From Azolla caroliniana (Eukaryota; Plantae; Polypodiophyta): DNA of 64,000 bases. A model generated the notes under the pieces. It did no database searches, was not told where the DNA came from, and saw only the letters and a list, made by a program, of their open reading frames with translations. The stretch covers positions 3,658,001 through 3,722,000 of the forward strand of contig JBHGNT010000008.1 in assembly GCA_043228905.1 (NCBI GenBank). The letters run 5' to 3'. The translations under genes and the position numbers were made by a program. Position 1 is the stretch's first letter; each line of letters begins with the position of its first letter. Shown piece after piece: positions 1-13,458 of the stretch.

Positions 1-1848
1 TAGTTTTTTCTTTATGTGATGCATGTATGAGTAGGGAAAAAAGTAAGCATGTTCTCTCACCTGGCTTGCCAGAAGAACTGTTTTCCATCAATCCGTGGCA
101 TGTCTCCTGGAATGGCTAAAGCCAATGATAAAGAAAGTATCTAACTTCAAACCATCATATGAAAATGATATATGTCTGCATTAGGATTTAAGTGTCTTGG
201 AACTTAAATAGGGTTTTTGGATTGAGGGGTTGAATCTTGATAAAGCATGTGCAAAGCTGTGCTTGAAAATACATGCAGGTAGCACTTTCATATGAACTGT
301 TCAAATTGAGAGGAGATTTACAAAGCATTTTCAAATTTAATGATAATATTCTAAAGCTAATCTTCATCAGGATTTTTCTAAATGGATGGAGATAATTGCA
401 AATAAGGATCTAGATCAAGAAGATAGCCTCGAAAAAGTTCACAGATCAATGAAAATTCCAAGGAGCCTTTTTTAGGTTGAGTTCCTCATGAATGACTCAT
501 TAAGGACATCCTGTTTGGAAAAGAGCTCTTTGCAGGTCCAAACTTGTCACTGTTGAATTTCAGCTCGTAGATTGAGAAGATAGTAATGAACTAGTAATGT
601 CACTTGTAGAATGCCATCTAGGTGAATCCAATGCAGAGATTTGCGAGGGTGATCCTGCATTTGATTGCTTTTCGGAGAGCTCTGTTAGGTTTTCACTGGG
701 GTTAATACAGAATTAAACCATAGGAAGCAAGAACAAGAAAAAAGCACAAAAGAAACATCCATTGAATCAAAAAAAGAAACCCTACTCCAGCCAGGACAAC
801 CTTCATTAGCGAAATACTCATCTGCATGCAGTGGTGAAACTGTTGTAGACCCTGTGTCAGAATTTGTCAATTTGATTCTAGTGGATGAATCTGAATCTGC
901 AGATACTAATGGACATTGCATATGTATATGTAAGAGAAACTGCAGTCTCACATAGTTCTCTAACTAAGTAGAGCCTCATGGTTCCATAAAGAAAAACAGA
1001 CATGAATCTACAGAGATATTTATGGATTGAGAAGAGTTCTTACCTGTGGAGTCCAAAGAGAATCCCAAAGGCTTTTCATCATCATGGTTTTGCTGCACAC
1101 GAAATAACCAGGAAAAGTTGATACCAACATTTTATCTCAGTTTTATAACACGAGGTCATCGCAACAGGAACACATAATCATCTTATGTGTGGCATTCATT
1201 ATATGCTAGCTAGACCTTACAACAAAAAGATATGGAGTTTGTGAGCATACCATGTCCATTTTATCTTCTTCTTCTTCTTCTTCTTCTTCTTCCAAGGACT
1301 GGATCAAAGTCCTCTTGAAAGTTTCCAACTGCCACAACAACTCTATAATTGAGCATATGAAGGGCTCAAATCTGAGCATTACATTTACAGAGAAATATAT
1401 GACTGGAAAATACGAGATTTGTGAGGAAATGCATAGTGGTACCTTTGTAACATCACGGGTCAGCTTCTTAAAACTCATGGACAGAGCATTCTTCTCGGTC
1501 AGTCAGTTTGGCCTGGTTCACACACTAATTATACTTCAGCATTAGATTTGTATTAAACTTCCTGAGTTCTGATGAGATCTTGCATTAACATAATTCTAAC
1601 ATAATTAACGATTGGGAAAAGAAAAGCTAAATAAAAACCGATTGCCAAAACTACTCTTTTAGCTTCTGACAAATTTGCATTGATTTGGTTCAGTTCACAA
1701 ACATAAATTACTTCAGCAATTTCTCTGGCATGAAGAACAGAAATTAGCGATGGAAAGGTTTTGATGGATCAAGAAAAGAAGAAGATGCAGAGCTAGAAAG
1801 TAAAGACACTTGCACAATGTCGGGCAACGTTTCTTTGCTAATCGGCCC
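1..1848 (-). pseudogene. Inverted, 5'-truncated copy (copy A) of the At4g15545/NAIP-like gene; exons 2-7 visible, continues off the window start
   Basis: Reverse complement aligns by eye to ~22965-25080, introns included. Exon 1 is absent, exon 2 has a 1-nt insertion (1443-1512 = 70 nt vs 69), the exon-6 donor is deleted near 540, and exon 3 has 9 Glu instead of 4. Confidence 0.85.
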
Positions 1849-1944
1849 AAAGCAAAAAGCAAATGTATGGGATTGAAATTGAAAAATCGGAAAGCAGAAT
1901 TGAAGAGCGAAGAGAAAACAAGAACAGGAAAAAAAAACCAAAAA

Positions 1945-2060
1945 AATTTATATCCATAAAGAAAACCCTAAAAGACTATATACATAAAAAAAACCCTAAA
2001 AGCTATATACATAAAAAACCATTAAAGCTGTAGGCATAAATTAAAAACCCTAAAAACTGA
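1945..2060. repeat. Short degenerate tandem repeat (~25-30 bp) containing AAACCCTAA telobox-like motifs
   Basis: About 4 copies of tatatacataaaaaaaaccctaaaag-like units. Confidence 0.6.
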
Positions 2061-2414
2061 TGAAGGGTTTACATTTGCATACATATCTAATAGGAAAGCT
2101 AAATAACGAGTAAAGAAGATCTACATTGAAAACAGAAAACAATTATTTTTGAGGGATGAATGATTAGAAAAAGCGATCCATTTTGGGGTGGGGGAGGAGA
2201 AGGAGAAGGAGAAGAAATGGCAGGAAACAGACAGGAAAAGGGAAAATCTGATGGGAAGATGATAATATGGCAGAAAGGAAAAGCTATTCAATAGGATTTG
2301 TGTGAAGAGATTTGATTTGTTCGGCTTTTCTTCACGTCACGACAGATATGTGTGTATATTATATGTAATGTACATATATGGTAAAATCCTTTTGAATTGG
2401 CGATGAAGAGAAAG

Positions 2415-3076
2415 ATACACACACACACTCTCTCTCTCTCTAGGTCTATCACGATCTTTGTAACCAACCTATCATTCCCTTTATCCCTTAGAGAGAGAGA
2501 GAGAGAGAGAAAGAAAGAAAGAGAGAGAGTTGAGAGGGAGAAACAGGGGAGGAGAGAGATGATAGAAACAGGGGAGGAGAGAGAAGATGGAAAGAGGAGG
2601 AAAAGAAAGGCAGCTTCTGCTCCTGAGGGGGAGAGGGAGAAGGAGGAGAGCAAGATTTTCACATTGTCTGTTTTACACACAGAGAAAAACGGACAGAGGA
2701 ACAGGGGAGGAGAGGTGGGAAAGATATGTAGCTTCTCTTCTCTTCTCTTTTTAGAGAGAGAGAGAGAGAGAGCTTCTGTTTAGAGAGAGGAGAGAATCAG
2801 GGGGAGGAGACAGAGCTTATTATGTTTGGAAAAGATAGAGAGAGAGAGAGAGAGACAGGAGGAGAGAGACAAGCAAGATAGCTTTTGTTTAGAGAGAGAA
2901 AGATAGAGAGAGAAAGAAAGAAAGAAAGAAGGGGACTAAGAGAGGGGGGGATCTATCTATCTGTGTCAACCCAGGGACAGTCTGAGTGTGTATGAATTTA
3001 TGTCAGTAAAGAAGCCTATGTGGGTATGGTATATGAACGAGATAAGAGGAACAGAGCTTAGAGGGAGAGAGTGACT

Positions 3077-3107
<31 letters not shown>

Positions 3108-3141
3108 TTTTACACATGTTTTTTGCTCAGAAGTATAACCG

Positions 3142-3185
<44 letters not shown>

Positions 3186-3290
3186 TTACCTTGGCTCTTT
3201 CTTTCCCTCTCAGCAGAGAGAGTGGAAAGGAAAGCCTCTTGTTTTCCTTCTTCTTCTTCTTCTTCTTCTTCTTCTTCTTTTTCTCTTTCA
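2415..3290. repeat. (GA/TC)n and (TTC)n microsatellite-rich promoter/5' UTR region
   Basis: Many (GA)n runs and a (TTC)n run directly upstream of the DUF863-like gene. The low-complexity ORFs here come from these repeats. Confidence 0.8.
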
Positions 3291-4185
3291 ACTAGATTTT
3301 GTGAACAGAGAGAAGGGGAAGGTTGAGTTGCCCCTCTTCCCAACATCATCTCCACCACTGCAGATCTATCTTCTTTTTGTTGTTGGGTTTATGAATATAA
3401 CAGAATCTTCAATAAGCACTAACCCTAACCCTATCCCTATCCCTATCTTCAGCCATCATGATCAGAGGGAGCCTGTCCTGTGAGACCAGAGAAGGTCTTG
3501 TTGCACCAACAGCAGCAAAATTATTGTCAAAGAACAGGTTAACTTCTGTTTGTTTGTTTTCTAATGCCCATTTTAATGTTACAACCTCTCTTTGCTTTTT
3601 CTGGAATCTTTCCAATAGATTGCTAGACCAAACTGGGTGTCTAATTTATGTACTGTTTTAGGCTTGTTTGTTATTTTCATATTAGTACCTCTCGTCGAAC
3701 CCTTTCTGAAGTGGGTGCCATGCATCGCCCAAAATGGGTCTCAAATTCAAGCTCTTGTTTGCATATAATGTATATATTTACAAACGGTGTTTTTCAGGTT
3801 AGATTGTTTGAAACATCTTTTGTGATCTTGTTTTTGTTTGCTTGCACATAGTCTATCCGTCTGTATAATTATATTACATGGTCTGTTTCTCTTACTTAAT
3901 TAGTGCTAAAGTTCTTCATGGGCAATGTCTCTACTCATTATTCTTTGGAGAACTAATAGAAAAACTTGGTGAGGTGGATATTGTGCTTGGGTTTACATAC
4001 TTTATAAATGTTGTTTGGAAAATACAAACCTTTTATGGTTATCCCATGATGCGATATCATCTTGAAGATTTCTATATGCTAAATTAATATGAGATTGCTT
4101 GTACCTACTTTGCCTAACCTTTATTTCCCACTATTTTTTGTAGGGTGAGTAGCTTTTGAGTATTATATCGGCCGCTGGTAAAGAT

Positions 4186-7068
4186 ATGGAGAGATTTGGT
4201 GCCAGCACAATGGAAGAACATCAGATTCCACTGAATTCAGATGTGATGAAACATAGCACATTCATGAATAAAGCTTACGTGAGAGAGATTATGTTGCAAC
4301 ATGAGAAAACTTTCAAAGAACAGGTTAATTTGCATATTTCTCAATGTTTTTTTGATGTTATAGCCTATATTATTCTTTTTGCTTGCACAGTGTGTATGCA
4401 TGTTGTGTACCAGACTTTTCTTCTACATCGCATTTGTATGCGTTGTTGATGTATTTGAAGTGCTTTCCTATGGTTTTTAGAGCGTCTCTATGCTTTTAGT
4501 GCTTCCTTTTCCTGCTTTTACTGCTTTATGCTCATGAATGTTGTATTTCTATCTTAAATTATTTTGGTGATACCATACTCTTTTAACTAGGGATGCAAGT
4601 AGATTTTATATGAAAGAGACAGAGTTGAACTAACCATACATCTATATATCAGGTGCATGACCTTCATAAGCTTTATGAAGTGCAGAAGGCATTAATGCGT
4701 AAGGCCAAACTTGGGGAATCAGCCATTTTACTTAATTCTACTCAATTAACTGATGCTAAGATATTACAGAGCCTTCCCGATGAAAATTTAAAGCATAAAA
4801 GCAACTTTGGGAGTATAGATGAGGCTAGACGAGGCCCAAATAAGAACACAAATACCTCAACGAGGAAAAAGGTTATAGACCTTGAGCAACTGCCTGAAGA
4901 TGACACTGATGATGAACTAGACAAACCTGAGAATGATGTAAGCGGGTCACGTCAAGAGCCGATTTCTTGTGACAGCATTATATTCTACCCAAACTCAAAC
5001 TATGACGTTCGTAACAATCCTCTCCAAAGTGTGCAAGGATCCAAGGTGCCCCCAAATCTTGATGAGAAACCTTTGGATTTTGGAGGTATGAATATACAAA
5101 CTAATACAAAAGTGGTAACCCAGCCTCAACAGAATCACGAAGGAGCAATGACTCGAGCTGTAGGAAAGGAGACACATTGGGTTATTCAGGTTCTTGTCTA
5201 TTTCTCTCCGTAAGAATGTAGGTTTAAACATTATAAGAAGTTTGTTCTTTTTTAACGATAGAAAGATACATATAGATTGATTGATTGATATATAGACATT
5301 GGTGTTTGTTCTATTAAGGGCAACCGGGCTTTTTCCCTCATAATGTTAGGTCCTAAACTATCACACAATTTGGGAATCCCAGCGGGAAAGTGTCTCCAGT
5401 ACTGGTGTATATTCTTTATTTTATGTTATGACACCCAACTCTAATCGCCAAATGTTGTTTTCACACCAGGGCTCTGATGGTAGCGCAAGAGCATTGGGTT
5501 GCCATGCTTTACTTCACCAAGAAGAGGATAAACTAGCTTCTTGTCATAAAGCATCACAGGAAGATTCCAATCTTGGGTTCAACACCACATCAGGTGTGGA
5601 TGTATTTAGTGCCAAAGGACGACATCAAGAGCTTGAAACAAATATTTGGTATCCGCAAAATGATGTTGCTGCACCCATGCCTGAACAACATTGTTTCCCG
5701 AACGGAAACCATACAGGAGCAGGATGGCTACTACCACCATTGCAAAATACTACTCATCGAAGCTTATATCCTCAACAAGCGGTTTATAACCTTCATGCTA
5801 ATATGAATAGCTTCCTCGGGAATAATAACTCAAGCAGCCCTCCAATCAGTCAAAAGCTCACTGTCCAGAAGCCTCTGAACGTTATGTTGAAGAGTAGTGA
5901 CAGTGATGCGGTACATTTGAAGCCGATGTCATCACCGCAAGAAGGTTGCAAAGAAGAAGAAATAAATGATGCGAAAATGAAGCATGAGGAAGGGAACAAT
6001 GTGATGGCCATTCACATGCCGACTTCTCCTTCCATGCCAGAGGCCAGACGAGGTTTAAAGCCATCTTTGCAACAAGTAAGTGTTTCAGGGGTGTGTTTTA
6101 CAGATGGAGCACTTGAAGAGTTCAATGAAGACATGCTTAGTGGAAGCTACCGAAAAGATGATGCCATCGGCCCCCAAATGAAGAAACCACAACTTAGTCG
6201 CCAAAGACAGGCCTCGGACTTGAGCACATCGAGTCAAGTCACAATGCAAGCGGTATCCATGCAATCTTCAAGCACTGAGGTGCTTGGCAATGTCATCAAG
6301 CAAGAAAGAGAATGCTCCTCGAAAACATTTGAAAGCAATGCAATGTCCCGGAAACTATCAAATTCAACAATCCGGAAGAGGAAGTCCATGGCAATGGCAT
6401 CATCAGATAATGATGATGCTAATTATAATGACAATGATGGTGATGGCGATGATAACATCTCGGGTATGGACAACCTTGCAGCCTCGATACTTTTGAGTTT
6501 CACACAGAAGCTGCCACCGATGAAGAAGAGGCGGGTCGAATGTTCAAAGCTTGTCGATGAATGCTCGAATAAGTATCAGAAAACCAATGGAAACAACGGT
6601 GTTAAGGTATGCCCTAGGGATCAGTGCATGGACATTGAGTCTTCTGATAGTGGGCACCTAGGCTCAAAAACAATAAAGGTAGAATGTGGCTTTAAGAGAA
6701 GGGGAGTTAGTCCCGAGAAGGAGAGGACAAGAAGAAGAGAAACCAAAAATGGTGCAATAAGCACGATTGTGAAGGTAGATGTTCATACGCTCCCAAGGGG
6801 CCGACGGAGTTCCCGAGGACCGCTAGTGGCCGGCCGAGATGTCCATGAGATCAATGGTAAAGAACACTCGGAGCATTGTGATGGCAATGGCGAGCAAGGT
6901 ATTGAAGGTACCAATACCAGAAGAAGGAAGCAATCTATCGATAACCCGGATAAATTTGAGGTTTGTGTAAAAGACAATGCTTGGAAAGGTGTTGACCGGA
7001 AGAAGAGTCGGTCGCGACTGCCCGTTGCCCAAACCCCCAAAGTTCCATTTAAGAAGGCTCAAAGATGA
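4186..7068 (+). CDS. DUF863-like plant protein, ~757 aa; join(4186..4323,4653..5189,5470..7068)
   Basis: Splicing two phase-0 GT-AG introns gives VREIMLQHEKTFKEQVHDLHKLYEVQKALM, resembling the conserved DUF863 N-terminal motif. Also an IDLEQLP motif, AASILLSF and a basic C-terminus. Probable 5' UTR intron ~3538-4143. Confidence 0.75.
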
Positions 7069-10000
7069 TACAACTCTTGGAAAAGACATGATGTAGCTTC
7101 TTATTGTATGTTTTTGCACAATTTACTCGAAAGTAAAGAGAGTTTACGTTCTACTTTCACTTTGGGGGCTTCTTTTTTTTAATCCTTTCTATATATATAG
7201 ATATATTGATACAAGATAATATGTTTGTTTTTTCTATCATGATCAAAAGGGGATTATTTCAAAATTTCAACAGCAGACACATTCGTTGTCATTTGTTTAA
7301 AATGAACTTGTTCCGAAAGGTAATACGAGCATAGCACGAGCTTCCCCATCTCGACGTGTAAGGCATTCGAATCGTACAACTTTTGCTTTCATATTGCTGT
7401 GTAGGATGCTTTGAAGAAATCTTAAGATGAGACAAACCCTCCACTTCAACTTTGTAATTCAAGCTTAGTCTACATGAAAGCAAGCACATGTGCATTATCT
7501 CTTGATTTTGTGAATAATATCATTCTTAAACATTATATAGATCACAAATGTTACGGTAACTTTCCAAGTCTAGTTGAAGAGTGCGTTATGTGACAATCAA
7601 CTGTAGTCTTGCAAGAGAAAAGAAATAGAAATCCAATTATTAAAAAATGCATTAAGAATGTTTGGTTATTTGAATATATGGGACCTCAAAGAGTGTTGTA
7701 TACATGTATTGTAATTTGCCCTTGAAAAAGCTATAAAATGTAGCAAGTCTAGAGTCGAATTTCAAATAGATAGATTGAAAGAAAAGGATAAGTGTGAGGA
7801 ACGATTTTCTATCATGTTTTTGGTGTGGCAACGGCAATGTATGATTGGGTGTATCCTATCATTTCTTTGTAAGTGTCCCCACCCATTAGGCTTGATGTGA
7901 GTACAATAGTATTGCAATTTGTTGCTCATGGAATCATGATTATGTTTGTCTATGATTACATCCACAATGTCTTTTTCAATGCATTGGCTTGAGCATATCC
8001 TCCATGGAGACCTATATTCTAGGAACCTTCCTTATGCTCTATCTTTGAGCATAAACAATCACTTGTGAACCATGCCCTATCATGTAAACTTTTCTTTTAT
8101 TGAGGTTCATTAGGTCATTCTTCTAGACTCTCAAGGACAATGATATATTACATCATCATCAGAGTCTTTCTCTCTCACACACACATAGATTCAACAAGGT
8201 TGTATAATATTTCAAGAACTTGTAAGGATGATGCAAATATTGTCAATGACACTATGCAAATTCTTTTCTCATTTGCTTGACTATAAAACCAAACTAATGG
8301 AAGATCCAACAAATGATATTCAACCACAACTTACTCGTTCCGAAGACAAAGTAGGGTATGACGATGACGATATTGAACACTAGAGTCATTATTGGTGGGG
8401 TAGTTAGTCTATCATGGGACCAATACAAATTGTTTTGAAAAGATGAGGAGTCCAGTGCATTGATGACCAGAGGTATACATATATGTGTATATACATGATG
8501 ATAGGGGTATATTTCTATAAAGTTGTCTCATCTTTCTTTCTTGCCACATTACCCTTTAAATTCATATTCTATATTTACTACACACTTTTACGGTCTAATT
8601 TTGTAGATGCCAAAATCTTATGTAGTTCTTTTGTTTCGCTTTTTCATTTTCAACTTTCGTTGTTTTTCTTTTTGTTTTACCATTTTAAAATCCACCACCT
8701 ACACAAATGAGCAGAGAACGTTGTAACAATTGATTGGTCCCATGGGTCGCACACCAAAGGATAGAAGATATCAATGAATGTGATCCCCCACACAATTCAC
8801 TACGACGCATATCGATGTTATCCTCTGGATTACTTGAACCCATAGCCCCTATACCATGGTACTTTGATTGACCACCTAAGGGCAACTTGGTAGACATTCT
8901 ATGACATTCACGTGAATGTAAAAGTTTTAGTATGGCATAGGTCAAGTTGGCCTTTTGAAGATGTTTGTATTTTGCTTCATTCCATTTCTCTTTGTGATAT
9001 TCTATATCTCAAGCCATCAACCCACTTGGACCACATTTCCACGTCACTTTCAAGTCTCTATACTTCTACACTTAAAACAATATATTCCTAAACAAGATGT
9101 TTTGTGTCTATTTAATAATGATGAACTTAAAGAAACTTAACTATCTTTCTCAACGATCCAAGATCATAAGAGAAGTAGATAAAGGAACCCAATTCACAAC
9201 ATTAAATAAATGTTAATCAATCATGCCTGGCATTGTGACATTGATCATTTCTATGTGTTTTCACCAACATGGTCCAAGGTGTTAGGTATTGTCTCTCAAT
9301 CAATCTTCTTTATGCTTGGCTACAATTTATAATGTCATTTTATTTCATGCAATCATTGAACATGGAAGGATGGGTCTTTTGTGGGAAGTATAGAGATATA
9401 TGCTTCGGATTCTATGAGATGTTGAAAAAAGTTCATCGTGGTGTTTCTCAAAATTACATCCATGTGCTTGTAAGATAGGAAAATGAAAGTGATGATATAT
9501 CAACTATGTTATTTCCTTCTTCTTTTCCTCCAGAGAAAAAGGCCTATCAATCCATCCAATCATATATTTGGAGAATGCAAATGCCATACTTGGCAAATAG
9601 GACCATCCAAAACCTATGTTTATAATTATGTTAAATATTGATAATGTGTCGATCACTGTTTTACACATGGAAAATAGTTACGCGATAGGTCTAATCATGG
9701 TCGCTTTATTATGGCGATGACATCCTAACATCATTAGGGAGCTAGAAAAATGCGACTCATGGGACCCAAAAAATGTATAATTACAAGAGTATCTCCTCTG
9801 ATGGTGTGGATGGTCATGCGTACTACCACAACAACTCATGCATTTTTCTTAGGCCACTCATATGTTTAGGTGGAGTGCATATACAATATATGTGCCTAAA
9901 GGAGTAGGCAAGGTTGGTGTGCCCAATTTGTTGAAGGGTGAGATTTGTGCATTGAGTATTGATGGTGATATGAGATGGTCCTCTTCCTTGATCTCTTGAT

Positions 10001-11897
10001 TGTCGTAGGCCCTCCAAGTGCAATATGCTCTAGGTAGACCTCAAGATGCGTCATTCTCGAATTCAAGATCATGACTAGGAGTGTGGAGGAGAACAATAGT
10101 CCTTTTTCACCTTGAATGTATGGGGATGATAACTTATAAGAAGTGGGTAGGAGTGTCCCGTCATTTTTGAGAGGAAGAGAGGTGTGTGTGCATGCAATCG
10201 GCTCATTGTATTTGTTTTCTCAAAAATTGTGACACTATTTTAAGGCCGGTTTTTATGTATTTGCAATTGAGCTCAAATCATTTGATTCCAGAAAGGTCAT
10301 CAAATTGAGTGGTGGAGGAAATTACATGGTTTGGGTCTCACAACTTAAGATACTGTTGAAAATGACAAGATGTCGAATATGTGGTCATGACATATGAATG
10401 ACTTTCATTGCACTAAAATGAGTAACACAATCGATGTTCTGAAAGATGAGTATGGCCAGTGCATACTTCATCAATCGAAGGACATTAAAGAGGATTTATT
10501 TCTCATAAAGTCTTTATATTGCATGCGTGGGTTTGCCGAAAAACACTTGCTGGCATAATAAGAAGTATTGTGCTTTAGAGAATAAATTTGTAATAGGAAT
10601 TGGAGGAATGCACACGGACATTGGAAAGTACACAATATGAAGAACCAAAAAGATGAGGTCAATATAATAACAGATCTCACATTTCCGAAGACCCATTCAT
10701 ACATATGAGATGAAGGAATGATAAAGGAGGGTCTACACACTACATGGAAGGAACGACACAAGAGATGATGATGAGCATAGTCAAGAAGATTCACATTTAG
10801 AAATCTTAGTAATCAATCGAAGATGGGAGTGGTGGGGGATAGATGTTGGCTCAAAAGAAAAGACATAAAGTGTAGAAGAGTCTCTGGTTTTAGAAGACCT
10901 CTTCATAAAAATGGGATGAATGAATAATACCGAGGAGTCGACGCGACAACAACCCCCCAGAAGGACACAATAAGGTGGCCTCGAGTTCTAGAAGACTATT
11001 AAAACTACAGAACAGAACGCCACTTATCTTTTTCTTCCTTATTTTTCTAGCTTAGATGCTCCACCATTTTCAACCTTGGAAATTATACTACCCTTTTTTT
11101 CCATGCGTCTCATTGATTGTTTCGCATTGCGATGATGGAGACAAGGCGTGTTGAAAACAATAATGAGACGACTACTGTTTGTGTGAATTCAACGTTCAAA
11201 ATGACACTCTTGCCTTTTTGTTGGTTTTTTTTCTCTTGTATGACATGTGTGTAAATGGGTTAATGGAGAAGAAAAGCACGATGAATATTTGTGTGAGTTC
11301 AACCTCACGACAATTGTTTTCGTTAGAAATCCAACTTTTACGAAAGGACTATGGATGAAACGAAGAAAATTCAAACAAATATTCATTCGCGTGGAAACAT
11401 CGACCTTACAGAAAGGAAGAGACCAAAACACGGTTCGTTTGTGGTTTTTTTGAGTATCATGAAAGGGGCTTCCAGGTAAAGGCTACTTACTATTAGAACA
11501 AAGACCCGGGTGCGCGATAAGTTTCACCCGAAACTCGACCTTACGAGGGAGCAGGCAACAGGGGTAAATGAACAGAATCAGATGATAAAAATCATTCGGG
11601 CGAATTGTCAAAACGTGGGACAGGACACGATCTTCTGTCAGGTTTTCACGATTCATGAAGGTCACCATCTTCTATCGGGTTTTTCCGATGAATCTAGGGG
11701 GGGACTGGAAAGGAATCATGACGATGATTCCATCGTTGACAAGTGACAAAGCGGAACGGAACCGATTGGATCCAATCGAGAACCCCCCCAAAAAAGAAGT
11801 GGACTGGGAATCTGAAGAAATCTCATGTGGGAATGATGACTGAAAAATCAATCAAACCTTTTAGGAAACCTCAAGGAAAAGCCTAAAGTTTGCAACA

Positions 11898-12012
11898 ACA
11901 CAACAACAACAATAGTAACAAGAATAATAATAATAAGTTTTTTGGAAAATAATAATAATAAGTAGAAATAATAGTAATAATTATTATTATTATAATAATG
12001 ATGATGATGATG
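11898..12012. repeat. Compound trinucleotide microsatellite (CAA/AAT/TAT/GAT)n
   Basis: Directly visible. Confidence 0.8.
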
Positions 12013-12279
12013 GATTGAAGAGTAAACAATAATATTCAATTGATTTTCATTGAACCTTTAAGAAACAAACAAGAGACTAAGGTTAAATAATCAATCAGAG
12101 AAATGGGATCCATAATTAGTTGTTGAAATGAATAATTGTTCTGTTTTGCTAATTTTTCCTGTTAACTTTTGGAAAGCCTAAGGTTGCACATTCTATATAA
12201 TATATATACATATACTATTTACATTATGCAATATATTGAAGAATGAATTGATTTTACTTTCGTTGGGGAATTCTGTTCT

Positions 12280-12860
12280 AACCCTAATCTGTTGATCTCT
12301 CTGACCTGTCTGTCTGTCTGTCTCTCGATCCAGACCTTAACCTTCTTCTTTTCTCCCTTCCTCATCTCTCTCAGATTGCCCTCCATGTTTGGCTGTAATC
12401 CCTAATTTGGATTTTTGTGTGTGCACTAATTAATTAATTCAACCATAGCCTTGACTCTGCATGCCTGTTTCTGTCTGTCTCTCTCTGAGGTGAAACTTAA
12501 ATCTTTTTCTTCCTTCCCCATTTCTCAGATTGCCCTCCATGGTTTACCCGTAAACCCTAATTTGGGTTTTTTTGTATGTGTGTGCATGTGCAATTTAATT
12601 CACCACAGACTTCACTCTGAATTTCTCTCTCTCTCTGATGTAAACTTTTAACCTTTTTCTTTCTTCACCATTTTTCAGATTGCCCTCCATGATTTGGCCC
12701 TAAACCCTATTTGGGTTTTTTTGTCTTCAATTCAATTCAACCATAGTCTTGAATCTACATCTTTCTCTCTCAGTTGTTAACCCCAATTTTTTTCTTCCTT
12801 CACTATTTCTCAGATTGATTTCAATGGCTGGACCTAAACCGTAATTTGGGCTCTTTTCTT
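12280..12860 (+). repeat. Four degenerate ~135-155 bp tandem units upstream of the LRR-RLK
   Basis: Core tcagattgccctccatg...ccctaatttgg recurs at ~12371, 12526, 12676 and 12810. Confidence 0.75.
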
Positions 12861-13458
12861 TTATCCCTATGAATATTTTTTCTTTCAGCTTCTAGGACAA
12901 AGGTTTTAGAATTAGAGCTTCAGTTTCCTAATCAGTGAATCCGGAGAATTTCCGCTTCTAGAAACAAGATTACTGGTTGTGAATTAAAGTTTCTTTTTCT
13001 GAGATTTCAGGATTAGGGGCTTTGCTCTGTCTGAGTATTAGTTTTTCCTTTCTCAGCTTAGGTGATTAAGATTTTTTCCTCAGGTTTTGAGATTTGGGTT
13101 ATTATTTTTTCGGGTATTTCAGTTTCTAGAGTAAAGCTACATGATTTAGATTTCTTTCTCCTGCTAAAAGTTGAAATTTTGGTTCTAGAACAAGGTTATA
13201 GGGCTTGGATTGACCCTTTCCTTAAATTAGGGTTTTTTTTCCTTGAGATTTTCAGCTTCTCGAACAAAATAAATATATGTTTTTTTGGCTTGACATCACA
13301 AAACCCTGATTTAGAGCATGAGAGGGCCTATGAAAAAGTCACAGCCTTTGGATTGATCTCTTCATAACAGCCTTAATTTAGGGTTTCTGTTAATTGTTTT
13401 CTAGCTTTTAGGGCAGAGTATACGTACTTCATCTATATAGAGTTTGCTCCATCTTGAG

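Noticed and set aside
2288-3483. ORFs rich in RE/SL/F/E runs
   Set aside because: They are translations of (GA)n and (TTC)n microsatellites with no domain signal.
3391-3661. Upstream ORFs in the DUF863-like leader
   Set aside because: The transcript start is unknown and there is no conservation evidence to support function.
8730-9785. Possible terminal inverted repeats (ggtcccatgggtcgca vs tgcgactcatgggacc)
   Set aside because: Only ~16 bp with a mismatch and no TSD or coding remnant I could confirm.
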